From contig CAVOKF010000003.1 in assembly GCA_963696385.1 (NCBI GenBank), positions 640,001 to 704,000 on the forward strand: 64,000 bases of DNA, in the 5' to 3' direction. Both the position numbers and the translations under genes were made by a program. The stretch is from an uncultured delta proteobacterium. Its GTDB lineage: Bacteria; Myxococcota_A; Polyangia; Polyangiales; Polyangiaceae. Each line of letters starts with the position of its first letter. Within the stretch, counting starts at the first letter, position 1. A model generated the notes under the pieces. That model was not told the origin of the DNA. It searched no databases and saw nothing but the letters and a program-made list of their open reading frames with translations. This document shows positions 28,572-41,019 of the stretch, piece after piece.

Positions 28572-30656
28572 ATGTCGTCGGGCGAAAAGCCTTCGGGGCG
28601 ATCCGTTCCCCGACCGCTGTCGAGCGGTCCAGTCAAGTTCGGGCCATTCTGGCTCGACGCGCGCTTGGCCGTGGGCGGAACAGCCGAGGTGTACATGGCG
28701 CGGCCGATCGATCGCGCGGCTTACCCGCCCTCTCTGGTCATCAAAAGGCTTCTGCCGCAATTCGTGGGAGACCCGGAGGGGCGCACCATGTTCGAGCGGG
28801 AGGCGGCCCTGCATGCGGCTGTGCGCCACCGAAATGTAGTGCAGGTCTACGCATACGGCGAAGTCGGTGACGAGCCATGGCTCGCCATGGAGCTCATCGA
28901 CGGGTGCGACCTCTTCCGCTTGCTGCGACGGCTTTCGAGCGATGGGCGTGCCCTCGCGCCCGGACTCGCGACCTACATTGCCCGCGAACTCCTGAGCGCG
29001 CTTGAAAGCGTCCATGCGGCTTGTGACGTCGGCGGTCAGCCGATGGGGATCATTCATCGCGACGTGACGCCGTCGAACGTCTACCTGTCGCAACTCGGCC
29101 AAGTGAAGCTCGGCGACTTTGGAATCGCGCGATCGATGAGCCGGCCCACCGTCCGCGGCGCGGCCAGCGACATGCTCAAAGGTAAGTTCGCGTACCTTGC
29201 CCCCGAGCAAGTCGCCGGCGAGCCGTTCGATCATCGTGCCGACCTATTTGCGCTCGCAGCGGTGCTCAGCGAAACGATGCTCGGTCATCCCCTCTTCGGG
29301 GGCAGCGGTCAGCTGGCCGTCCTTCTGGCTATTCGAGATTGCCGAATCGACGCACTGCGCCACGCGAGCAGAGCCATGCCCGATGGCCTCTTTGCCGTTC
29401 TCGAGCGAGCGCTCGCCCGAACGCCGGAAGCGCGCTTTCCGACGGCCGCCGCCTTCTCCGAAGCGCTCGCACCCTTCGACGTCAATCCCCAAGCCGCGCG
29501 GGCCGAGCTCGGCGCGCTCGTCCGCTCCGTGCAGGCGACTCCCTCGGTCGAACAAATGCAAGCGGTCCGCGACAGCGCACGCAAGCTCCGCCTCCCGCGA
29601 GCGTCGTCGGTCGCGGAGCCGCCGACGAACGCCGCTTCCGAGCGAACCACGGGCGAGTACACGGCGGTTCCCTCGTTTGTCACCACAGCAGGCGGGGCCC
29701 GGTTCGGTCCGTGGCCATTTGCGCGGCTGGTCGAAGCCATCGCAACCGGTGTCGTCGGTCGTGGGGACTTGGTCGATTACACGGGAAGAGGCCTCCAACC
29801 AATCGAATCGATCGAAGACCTCGCGCGTTTCTTGCCGACCATGGGTGCCACCACGGACCGCGTCACAGGAATCGGAGCACCCGAGTTCGTCGACGAGGTG
29901 TCCACGACGGCTCTCGTCACGGTGCTTCTCCGGGTCGTGGAGCACGCAGCGACCGGAGTTCTCTTTGCCGAGGGGCCCGCGGAATCGCGACGTACGCTTC
30001 ACGCGGACGCCGCGGCCGGCCGCAAGGAGCTTTACTTCGTGGCGGGCAGGCTCCATCACGTCGCTTCCAACAACGCGAGCGAGCTTCTTGGCGAATACTT
30101 GGTGCGCCGAAAAATTCTCTCCCGGAGCGAGCTCGATTTCGCGCTGGCCGTCTTGCCTCGCTACGGTGGCAGAATGGGAGACACGCTCATCGGCTTGGGG
30201 CTCGTCGGATCGCTCGATATGTTTCGCGCCATTCGAGAACAGGGCTGCGATCGGATCGTCGACCTGTTCCGATGGCCCACAGGCAGACTGACGTTTTTCT
30301 CGGGCCAAACGGCGCCCCACGTCCAGTTTCCCCTGGACCTCGAGCTTCCGCCGCTGATCCTGGCTGGGATCGACGCCGCGTTCCCCGCCGAGGCTCCCCT
30401 CGCCGCCTGGCGCGATCGACTCGAAGGCCTCGTCGCCCCGATGTCCGCGCCTCCGCCGAACCTGCGCACGGCCGCTTGGCCCGCGATCGCGAAGCGGTTG
30501 CTCGAGTGCGTCGACCGGGCAACCCCCGTGCGCGGAGTGCTTGCCGCGGTTGCTCGCGACGGGACGACTACGGTAAATGACGCCCTTCGGGCGCTTGAAC
30601 TGCTGATCGCTGCGCGTTTGCTTTCCTTTGAAAAACCGCCGCGTGCCTCTGGCTGA
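28572..30656 (+). CDS. Ser/Thr protein kinase with GYF-like and DUF4388-like C-terminal domains
   Basis: VIKR, HRDVTPSN, DFG, GKFAYLAPE; later GPWPF motif and KELYFVAG...SELLGEYLVRR. Confidence 0.92.
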   Translation: MSSGEKPSGRSVPRPLSSGPVKFGPFWLDARLAVGGTAEVYMARPIDRAAYPPSLVIKRLLPQFVGDPEGRTMFEREAALHAAVRHRNVVQVYAYGEVGDEPWLAMELIDGCDLFRLLRRLSSDGRALAPGLATYIARELLSALESVHAACDVGGQPMGIIHRDVTPSNVYLSQLGQVKLGDFGIARSMSRPTVRGAASDMLKGKFAYLAPEQVAGEPFDHRADLFALAAVLSETMLGHPLFGGSGQLAVLLAIRDCRIDALRHASRAMPDGLFAVLERALARTPEARFPTAAAFSEALAPFDVNPQAARAELGALVRSVQATPSVEQMQAVRDSARKLRLPRASSVAEPPTNAASERTTGEYTAVPSFVTTAGGARFGPWPFARLVEAIATGVVGRGDLVDYTGRGLQPIESIEDLARFLPTMGATTDRVTGIGAPEFVDEVSTTALVTVLLRVVEHAATGVLFAEGPAESRRTLHADAAAGRKELYFVAGRLHHVASNNASELLGEYLVRRKILSRSELDFALAVLPRYGGRMGDTLIGLGLVGSLDMFRAIREQGCDRIVDLFRWPTGRLTFFSGQTAPHVQFPLDLELPPLILAGIDAAFPAEAPLAAWRDRLEGLVAPMSAPPPNLRTAAWPAIAKRLLECVDRATPVRGVLAAVARDGTTTVNDALRALELLIAARLLSFEKPPRASG

Positions 30657-30672
30657 GCCTGCGCTGCGCGGC

Positions 30673-32040
30673 ATGCGGCGGTTGTTGCCGATTGCGTTGC
30701 TCATGGGAGAACCGTCGGCGCGCGCCGAACCGTACGCGCCATCCGCCGCGGCCCCGACTCCACCGAACGCAACGAACGCGACCGCCTCCGGGTCGGGTTC
30801 CGCGCCGGCTGCGCCCGCGCAGTCGGGATTGCAGTCGCCGCCCCCCTCGCGGCCGGCCTCGGACTCAGAAGTCCTGCAGCCGCGTCGCTACGAGCTGGCG
30901 GGCTTCCCGATCGTCGGCGGCACGAGCGACATCGGCGTCCAGTTCGGCGCTGCTATTACCTTCACGCGGTTCCACGATCTCGATTTTCCTTATGCGTGGA
31001 ACATCGACCTGTTGCTCTCGGGCAGTTTCAAGGATGAGGCGAGCCGCGTCCGTTTGGAGCAACAGAGCCACGTCCTGCGCCTGGACGCACCGGATCTTTT
31101 CTCGGGAAAGGTGCGCCTGGACACGCGGGCAAGCTTCCAGCGAACCGTCAACGCCGGCTTCTTCGGACTCGGCAACACATCGACTCCACTCACGTGCGGG
31201 TCCCCCTATTACTGCAACGAATACGTCCAAGAAGAGGGGCGCGTACGCCTGATCGGGAGGGCGCAGACGGGCGTCGCCGGGCTCGCCTTCGCGTTCGGTG
31301 CCAATCTCAGGTACGAATCTCCAACCGTCTATCCGAATTCGGTCCTCTCATCGGACATCGCAATCGCTTCAACGGGCCAGGTTCCCCGCGCGATCGGCGC
31401 GCAGCCTGCCTTGCTCGGTGGACTGTCGGCGGGCCTGATGGTCGATACCCGCGACAGCGAGTTCATCACTCAACGCGGCATCTTCTATCAGCTGGGCGTC
31501 GGCCCGACGGTTGGCTCCGCCGAGCGCGTGAGTTACGGCGAAGCATCCGCCGTGATCGCGCACTATGCTCCCTTGGGGGGACCGTTTACGTTCGCCAGCC
31601 GATTCGTTTCCTCATTCCAGTTCGGACGCGTACCCTTTTACGATCTCGACCAAGGCGGAGTCTTCGAGCCGCAATACTTGTTCGGCGGCGAAACCGGCGT
31701 GCGGGGCGTGCCTCAAGGGCGGTATGGTGGTCGGGTCAAGATGCTCTCGAATACGGAAGTGCGAAGCACGCCGATTCCACGATTCGATCTGTTCGGACAG
31801 CATCTTCGCATTGGTACGACCACCTTCTTCGACGCCGGCCGAGTCTGGCTGGACTACAAAACGATTTCACCCGCCGACGGCAACACCATCCGACTCAAGT
31901 ATGGAGTCGGTGCCGGTGTTTTCCTTCAGTGGGGCGAGGCCGCAATCTTTCGCATCGAAGCGGCCTATTCGCCCGACGCCGTTGCCGAAAGTCCAAACTT
32001 GCCCGTCGAAATCTATGTCTCCGATGGCCTCATGTTCTAA
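30673..32040 (+). CDS. Omp85/BamA-TamA family beta-barrel outer-membrane protein
   Basis: Signal peptide, Pro-rich linker, GGETGVRG (VRG motif), FFDAGRVW, C-terminal Phe. Confidence 0.8.
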   Translation: MRRLLPIALLMGEPSARAEPYAPSAAAPTPPNATNATASGSGSAPAAPAQSGLQSPPPSRPASDSEVLQPRRYELAGFPIVGGTSDIGVQFGAAITFTRFHDLDFPYAWNIDLLLSGSFKDEASRVRLEQQSHVLRLDAPDLFSGKVRLDTRASFQRTVNAGFFGLGNTSTPLTCGSPYYCNEYVQEEGRVRLIGRAQTGVAGLAFAFGANLRYESPTVYPNSVLSSDIAIASTGQVPRAIGAQPALLGGLSAGLMVDTRDSEFITQRGIFYQLGVGPTVGSAERVSYGEASAVIAHYAPLGGPFTFASRFVSSFQFGRVPFYDLDQGGVFEPQYLFGGETGVRGVPQGRYGGRVKMLSNTEVRSTPIPRFDLFGQHLRIGTTTFFDAGRVWLDYKTISPADGNTIRLKYGVGAGVFLQWGEAAIFRIEAAYSPDAVAESPNLPVEIYVSDGLMF

Positions 32041-32070
32041 TCGACCGCGCGGCGAGCCCGACGCGGCGAG

Positions 32071-33549
32071 TCACTTGGCCAAAGCCGCGCCGCCGGAGAA
32101 GGGCAGCAGCGACTTCAAATCCTGATCGTTGTACCGGAGCTGGAGCCCCAAGAAATAATCGCGTTCTGCCGGATAAAACACATTGTCGACCCCACCGAGT
32201 AGCCATAGATGTTTGATGAATTCGTACGCGACGAAAACGCGGTACCGAGGCTGTGGCTCGACGCTGAACCCGAAGAGATCGTTGACGATCTCGATGCGAT
32301 CCTGCAACAAGTGGATATCCAACCCGATGCCGCCGGTCGACTCCTTGATGCCGAATCGACCCGTGAACGGTCCGAGCCGCTTCGCAATCTGCAACGAAAA
32401 CAGGAACGAATTGGTCGTGGTCGTGGTGATCGTCTGATAGTGTTGAGGTTTCTGAATATCCGTCGTGTCGACGTTCGTCTCCGTAATCGACGTGAGTCCA
32501 CGTGGATCGTTGATGAGCTCGATGTCGAAATATTTGTCTTCGGACGGCTGCAGCCGAAGCTCGACGTAATTCTTGATGGTATTCGCTAGAAAGTTGTAGT
32601 CCGTGCGCAGGCCGACGATCGTTTGCACCCGCGTGAGCGTTTGTACGTAATCGTTGACCCCCTCTGCAACCCCTTGCACTTCGTTGATCAGCTGGTCGTC
32701 TTTGGTCAGTTTGCCCACGGTGCCCTCGCCGCGGTCGATCCGACCGGTCACGCTGTCGATGTGCGAGAGCGCGCCTTCCAGACTCTTGCTCGCGCGATCC
32801 AGCCGTTCGAACGTATCCCGAAGCTCGCCCTTCTGAGCTTCCGGCGTCTGGCCTCCGGTCGCCAAGAGCTGCCGAGCGTCCTGCGTGACGACTCGAACGT
32901 TTTCCAGAATCTGCGACAATTGCGGGTTCGCGTTCCGCGTGATCTCGTCCACGTTACGCAGCGTGTCGTTCAGGTACTCCCGGTTCTCCCGGATCGCATG
33001 ATTGATGGCGTCGGTGGCGTCGGCCAGATTCTGCAAGATGCTGCGAATGTTTTGGCCTCCTTGGTCGGTGCCGATCGACCTCGCGAGTTGCTCGGCCACC
33101 AAGCGTACGCTGTCGGCGATCTGCTTAACCTCGTCCAGGATTTGTCCGGGCGTCGCCTCTTCGACGATGACGCGAATCTCGTCGCCGTCGTGGAGCCTGG
33201 CGCGGTCAGCGGTGCCCGGCGTGAGGACCACCAGAGACTCGCCGAGCAACGAAGCCGCCTTCTTGCCGAGCGTGGCGTTCTCGTAGAGTGCCACGTCGCC
33301 GCGCACTTTCACGTCGAGCTGTGCCTGCCCGTTCACGAGGCGAATCGCATCGAGCGTTCCGACGGGAATGCCCGCGATCGAGACGCGCGAACGGCTTGCC
33401 AATCCCGTCGCATCGTGGATGAAGGCGTGCACCGTATAGCCACCGCCCCCGCCCGCCTCAGGGCTGATGAATCGGTAAATTCCGTAGCTTGCGGCTCCCG
33501 TCAAGACGACGAAGAGTCCAACCTTGGCCGCCTGCGTGCCCTTCGCCAT
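32071..33549 (-). CDS. MlaD/MCE family protein
   Basis: N-terminal TM (KVGLFVV), DATGL..RSRV.IAGIPVG MCE motif, helical region, GEGTVGKL. Confidence 0.88.
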   Translation of the reverse strand: MAKGTQAAKVGLFVVLTGAASYGIYRFISPEAGGGGGYTVHAFIHDATGLASRSRVSIAGIPVGTLDAIRLVNGQAQLDVKVRGDVALYENATLGKKAASLLGESLVVLTPGTADRARLHDGDEIRVIVEEATPGQILDEVKQIADSVRLVAEQLARSIGTDQGGQNIRSILQNLADATDAINHAIRENREYLNDTLRNVDEITRNANPQLSQILENVRVVTQDARQLLATGGQTPEAQKGELRDTFERLDRASKSLEGALSHIDSVTGRIDRGEGTVGKLTKDDQLINEVQGVAEGVNDYVQTLTRVQTIVGLRTDYNFLANTIKNYVELRLQPSEDKYFDIELINDPRGLTSITETNVDTTDIQKPQHYQTITTTTTNSFLFSLQIAKRLGPFTGRFGIKESTGGIGLDIHLLQDRIEIVNDLFGFSVEPQPRYRVFVAYEFIKHLWLLGGVDNVFYPAERDYFLGLQLRYNDQDLKSLLPFSGGAALAK

Positions 33550-33625
33550 CTGCTCGACGGCGGCTACCGTACCAGTGAGCTGGCCCCGTGAGGAGCTTGT
33601 CGCTGGCCGCAGTACGCCACGGCCC

Positions 33626-35260
33626 TCACGGCTCTTCGTAAATGGGCTCGGGCTCGGTGCCCTCGGTCGGGACCGATCCGGCTGAACTCGCCGAGGGGAG
33701 GGCGATGCCGTCGAGCTCTGCATCGAGCTCGCCCCGCCGCCTATCGAAGTCGTCGCGCAAGACGTGCGGAACGGTGCGCACTCCGTCGAGCCGAAGCGTC
33801 ATTGGATCGACAAAGACCCCGTTGCGCTTGATCCCGAAATGCAGGTGCGGCCCCGTAACCCGGCCCGTCTGGCCCACGTACCCGATAAGCTGCCGCTGCT
33901 CGACGTGTTCGCCAACGTGCAAGCCGGCCGCGTAGCGGGAAAGATGGCAGTAGATACTCGTGATCCCGCCCGCATGCGAAATTTCGACCTTGTTTCCGCA
34001 CGGCCCGCCGTTGCCCACGCTTGTCACAACGCCCGCGGCCGTGGCGTAAACCGGCGCGCCCATTGGCGCCGCGAAATCCACCCCGTTGTGAGGCATCAAG
34101 ACGTGCAGCACCGGGTGCATGCGGTGGGGATTGAAGCGCGACGCAATCCTGGCGAGCGGTACCGGGGCGCGAAAGCCGCCGTGAAGTGGCTGTCGACCTT
34201 TTGCGTCGTACCATCCGCGACGTTTCCGCGAGTCGTTGGTCGAGTCTCCGTCACCGATCGCGTACACCCGAACCGCCGGCGCATTTGCGCTCGCCGGAAA
34301 GTACTCGACGGCGTCGAGCGAAATCCAACGCACGAGCGCGCCCTCGACCTGCTCCTGGGTGCCGACGATCCGAAGGCGCGAGCCCGGCCGAATGTCCGAA
34401 AGCTCGGCGTGACCGTCGAGCGCGTCGTCGAGCATGGAAAGCATGTCGTCGACCGGCGTCAGACCCGCTTCCGTCAGCGAGGTGCGCAGGTCCGCGCCGA
34501 CCAGCACGGCTCGGCCGACACGAACGCGTGACGTCTGCAGATCGAGGCGTCGCGTTTCGAGCGACGTCGTACCGTCAGACTCCACTTCCTCGCGAGCCTG
34601 CCACACGTCGGAGGCCGTGCTTGCGAGTTCGAATGCGACGACGCGCCCGGTGGCCTTCTCGATCGCCAGGGTCACCGTGTCCGCCGGGCTCAAGCGATCG
34701 ATGCTACGCGCGGCACCGAGCGATTGCGTGACGCGCTGGGCTTCGTTGGGCGACAGCCTGACTGCAGCGAGAACGGCGAGCAGCGACCGGTGACCGACCA
34801 CGTCTTCCACGACACGAACGCCCGAAGCTTCCGAGAGTTGCGTGACGCGCCACACGGCCGCGTGGAACGGCGGCGCCGGGACTTCGGCACTTGCGGTCCG
34901 GTCCTTCGTCGCGCCGCCAACCACAGTCTCCGACGCGGCGACCGTCGCAGCAAGCGACGCCGCACTCACGGCAGGCGCATTGGCTCCCCCCGATCCCCGC
35001 AAGGCGATCGGCGCGCCGAGAAACGCGCCGAGGACCGCAGCGGCTCCGCCCGCAATCGCCAGTGCCATCCGCGCGCCGAACCGAAAGCCCCATTTTCGCG
35101 GCAGACCGCCTTTTTCCGCTCCAGGGGAAGAGCGGGCGATCGTCGCGGCGTGCGGAGTCTCGACTTCAAGGGAAGCGCTGTCCACGGGCTCCGTGGCGCC
35201 TGCGCGTTCCCCCTCGTCCGGCGCACACTCGCTCGGCGTCTTGGGCTCGGAACCCTGCAC
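33626..35260 (-). CDS. M23 family metallopeptidase (MepM-like)
   Basis: RMHPVL, HNGVDF, YCHLS, TGPHLHF; single TM near the N-terminus. Confidence 0.9.
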   Translation of the reverse strand: MQGSEPKTPSECAPDEGERAGATEPVDSASLEVETPHAATIARSSPGAEKGGLPRKWGFRFGARMALAIAGGAAAVLGAFLGAPIALRGSGGANAPAVSAASLAATVAASETVVGGATKDRTASAEVPAPPFHAAVWRVTQLSEASGVRVVEDVVGHRSLLAVLAAVRLSPNEAQRVTQSLGAARSIDRLSPADTVTLAIEKATGRVVAFELASTASDVWQAREEVESDGTTSLETRRLDLQTSRVRVGRAVLVGADLRTSLTEAGLTPVDDMLSMLDDALDGHAELSDIRPGSRLRIVGTQEQVEGALVRWISLDAVEYFPASANAPAVRVYAIGDGDSTNDSRKRRGWYDAKGRQPLHGGFRAPVPLARIASRFNPHRMHPVLHVLMPHNGVDFAAPMGAPVYATAAGVVTSVGNGGPCGNKVEISHAGGITSIYCHLSRYAAGLHVGEHVEQRQLIGYVGQTGRVTGPHLHFGIKRNGVFVDPMTLRLDGVRTVPHVLRDDFDRRRGELDAELDGIALPSASSAGSVPTEGTEPEPIYEEP

Positions 35261-35473
35261 TTGACATTAGGCCTTAGCGGCAGACGGGTGCGGGCGCAAA
35301 CAGAATTGACTCGGGTCCGCACCGCCCCCCCCTTTCCGTGGCAACGCACGGACAGTTACACCTTCCAGCCCGTGACGCATTCGTCGTACTCTCAGGGAGC
35401 GGCCTTTATCGAGCCGGCAGGGGCCACGGGGGCACGCCAGGTCGAACTCCACGGGACCCGCAAGGGCCACACC

Positions 35474-36184
35474 ATGGACGAGCAAACAAAGCAACGACTG
35501 CTGCTGGGCCGCGAACACTACCAAAAGAGAGAGTTCGACAGGGCCGAGCCGCTGCTCCGGCAGGTGCTCGAGAAGAGCGATCGACTCGCCGACGTCCATG
35601 ACATGCTCGGAGTCATTTGCCACGGTCACGGCAATTTCGTGCAGGCAGAACATCACTTCGAGCGAGCGCTCGCGATCAACCCCAGTTACACGGAGGCCGC
35701 GCTCAACCTCGCCGTGACCTACAACGATCGCGGGAAGTACGACGCCGCACGACAGACCTACGCGCGGATCCGCGGGATGGCGAGCGACAGCGCGCATGTG
35801 CTGGACCCGTTCGCTCGCGGCAAGATCGCAAACATGCACGCCGAAGTCGCCCAAGCGTACGCCGACGCGGGTCTCCTTCACGACGCGATTACCGAGTATG
35901 AAAGGGCGGTTCGCCTTTGCCCACAGTTCGCTGATTTGCGAACCAAGCTCGGCACGCTCCTCCGCGAGACCAACGACCTCGGGCGCTCCCGAGAGCAATA
36001 CGAGGCGGCCGTCGAAGCGCGCCCGAACTACACTGCAGCGCGCATCCAGTTGGGCGTCACGCTCCTCGCGCTCGGAGAGACCGATGCGGCGGCCGAGCAA
36101 TGGCGAAGGGTCCTCGAGCTCGATCCGGACAACGTCCCGGCACGCATGTACCTGCGCGTCTGCGGATCAAGTGGACACGAGTGA
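35474..36184 (+). CDS. Tetratricopeptide repeat protein
   Basis: Several TPR units (ALAINPSYTEAALNLA, CPQFADLRTKLG, VLELDPDN); start at ATG 35474. Confidence 0.85.
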   Translation: MDEQTKQRLLLGREHYQKREFDRAEPLLRQVLEKSDRLADVHDMLGVICHGHGNFVQAEHHFERALAINPSYTEAALNLAVTYNDRGKYDAARQTYARIRGMASDSAHVLDPFARGKIANMHAEVAQAYADAGLLHDAITEYERAVRLCPQFADLRTKLGTLLRETNDLGRSREQYEAAVEARPNYTAARIQLGVTLLALGETDAAAEQWRRVLELDPDNVPARMYLRVCGSSGHE

Positions 36185-36925
36185 CCACATCGAACGCGAA
36201 TCGTGCAGCGCGGCCCACTCGCCGTGCGCGTCGAACACGCGCTCGAAGTGCGGCAGCGTCGATCGTGCAATCGACTCCATGGCCGGTGGGCGGATGCCCG
36301 AAGCTACGACTGAGGTCACCCCGTACTCCGCGATGCCACATGGGACGATCCAGCGATAGGCCGTCAGATCCGTCGACACGTTGTAGGCAAAGCCATGCAT
36401 CGTTACCCAGCGTGAGATCCGCACACCGATGGCGCCTATCTTCGCAGCGACCTTCGCCCCACCGGGCAGCCGCGGATCGCCCGCCCATCTCCTCGGACGG
36501 TCCGCATCGACCCAAACGCCCACGAGCTTTGAGTCGCCTTCAAGGAAGCTGGCCTCGATGCCCATGTCGTGAGAGATGCCGATCATCACGTGGGCTAGGT
36601 CTCGCACGTAACGACGTACGTCACATCGATCCGGCCGCAAGTCGAAAATGGGGTACGCGACCAGTTGGCCGGGCCCATGGTACGTGACGTCTCCTCCCCT
36701 GCCGGTCTCGTGGACCTGGATGCCCCGGCTCGTGAGCTCCGTGCGCGAGACGAGAATATTGTGCGCACGGGCTGTTCGACCCAACGTGATGACGGGGTCG
36801 TGCTCGAGCAGAAGGACTGTGTCACCCACCGCCCCGGCGATGCGCGCCCGAAGGATCTGCTCCTGAAGGGCGTGCGCTTGCAGGTAAGGCACACGGCCTA
36901 GCCAGTGGGCGACGAACCGGCGCAT
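36167..36925 (-). CDS. lipB: Octanoyltransferase
   Basis: LEHDPVITLG, RGGDVTYHGPGQLV.YP, KIGAIG, HGFA, IVPCG. Confidence 0.96.
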   Translation of the reverse strand: MRRFVAHWLGRVPYLQAHALQEQILRARIAGAVGDTVLLLEHDPVITLGRTARAHNILVSRTELTSRGIQVHETGRGGDVTYHGPGQLVAYPIFDLRPDRCDVRRYVRDLAHVMIGISHDMGIEASFLEGDSKLVGVWVDADRPRRWAGDPRLPGGAKVAAKIGAIGVRISRWVTMHGFAYNVSTDLTAYRWIVPCGIAEYGVTSVVASGIRPPAMESIARSTLPHFERVFDAHGEWAALHDSRSMWSLVST

Positions 36926-36955
36926 TACCGAGGGGCGCGACTGAGAACCGCTCGT

Positions 36956-40013
<3,058 letters not shown>

Positions 40014-40143
40014 CGGCAACGATGGGTTTCGACTGTAACAGATTCGACCCGCTCCCAAAGGCGCTTTGTCCCTTTGTACTGTAGGCTTGGGTCCGGAGCC
40101 GCTTGCGCATGCGGCGAGCCCGTGAAACGGTTCGCAAGACGAC

Positions 40144-40818
40144 ATGTCGGCCGGCAGAAACGTGGAGACTCTCGGCGCACAGGGCGAGCGACTCGGCGCC
40201 CGAGGCGAGCGAATGGGCGCCCTCGCCCACGTGCGTCGCGTCCTGATCGTCATCGCGGGATACGCCGCCGTCGGTATTTTTGCGGTCGCGGCATCCGTGC
40301 TTCTGGGCCGCGATCCCATGGCGTGCGACGGATGGATCGGAGCGCACCATGCCGCCTCGCTCCTCTTGAGCCTCGGGCTCGGGGTGCCCCTTGGCGCAAT
40401 CACCATCGTTTCGACGCGCATTGTCGTCCGCCGCTCGTCTTGGGCTCACGCACTCCACGAGGCGCTGCGGCCTGCGGTGCACAGTGCTGACGACGTGACC
40501 GTTTTCGCCGTCGCAGCGGCCAGCTCGGCTGGCGAAGAACTCCTCTTTCGAGGTCTTCTCGTGCCCATCGTCGGGGTGTTCGCTTCGTCGATCCTGTTTG
40601 GCGCCGTGCACCAAATTCGCGGGCCCGCGCGATGGCCATGGATGGCTTGGGCCACGCTCATGGGTTTTCTTTTTGCAGCCGTATTTGCCTCGACCGGCAG
40701 CCTTGCTGGACCCCTCGTCGCGCACGCTGCCATCAACCACTCGAACCTTCGCTTCTTGCGCGACAACAGCCGGATTCCGCGAAGGCGCTCCTTGGGTGGA
40801 CTGCTCCGCCGGCCCTAA
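40144..40818 (+). CDS. CPBP (CAAX/Abi) intramembrane glutamic protease
   Basis: EELLFRG, FGAVH, HAAIN; TM helices. Start uncertain. Confidence 0.85.
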   Translation: MSAGRNVETLGAQGERLGARGERMGALAHVRRVLIVIAGYAAVGIFAVAASVLLGRDPMACDGWIGAHHAASLLLSLGLGVPLGAITIVSTRIVVRRSSWAHALHEALRPAVHSADDVTVFAVAAASSAGEELLFRGLLVPIVGVFASSILFGAVHQIRGPARWPWMAWATLMGFLFAAVFASTGSLAGPLVAHAAINHSNLRFLRDNSRIPRRRSLGGLLRRP

Positions 40819-40991
40819 CCTAGGGCTCCATTCTCCAAGTCAGACCCAGTCGCTTCGATCCGCCCGGTTGCCTCGACGCGATCGACTTCGATCTGCTCGT
40901 TGCGCGCCTCGAGTCTGAGGGCCTCGCCGTCGTAGGGGCAGACAGCCGAAGCGCCGACTTGAGGCTCTGCGCATCGTGGACAGAGTTTCAT
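40815..40991 (-). CDS. Small zinc-ribbon protein, 58 aa
   Basis: MKLCPRC...CPYDGEAL, a double-zinc-ribbon-like pattern, just downstream of glnE. Confidence 0.5.
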   Translation of the reverse strand: MKLCPRCAEPQVGASAVCPYDGEALRLEARNEQIEVDRVEATGRIEATGSDLENGALG

Positions 40992-41019
40992 CGGACGTGT
41001 ACGTGCGCGATGGTCTGCA

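Noticed and set aside
40171..40221. Imperfect 21-bp tandem repeat (LGAQGER/LGARGER)
   Set aside because: Only about two degenerate copies at a gene start; not CRISPR-like and no spacers.
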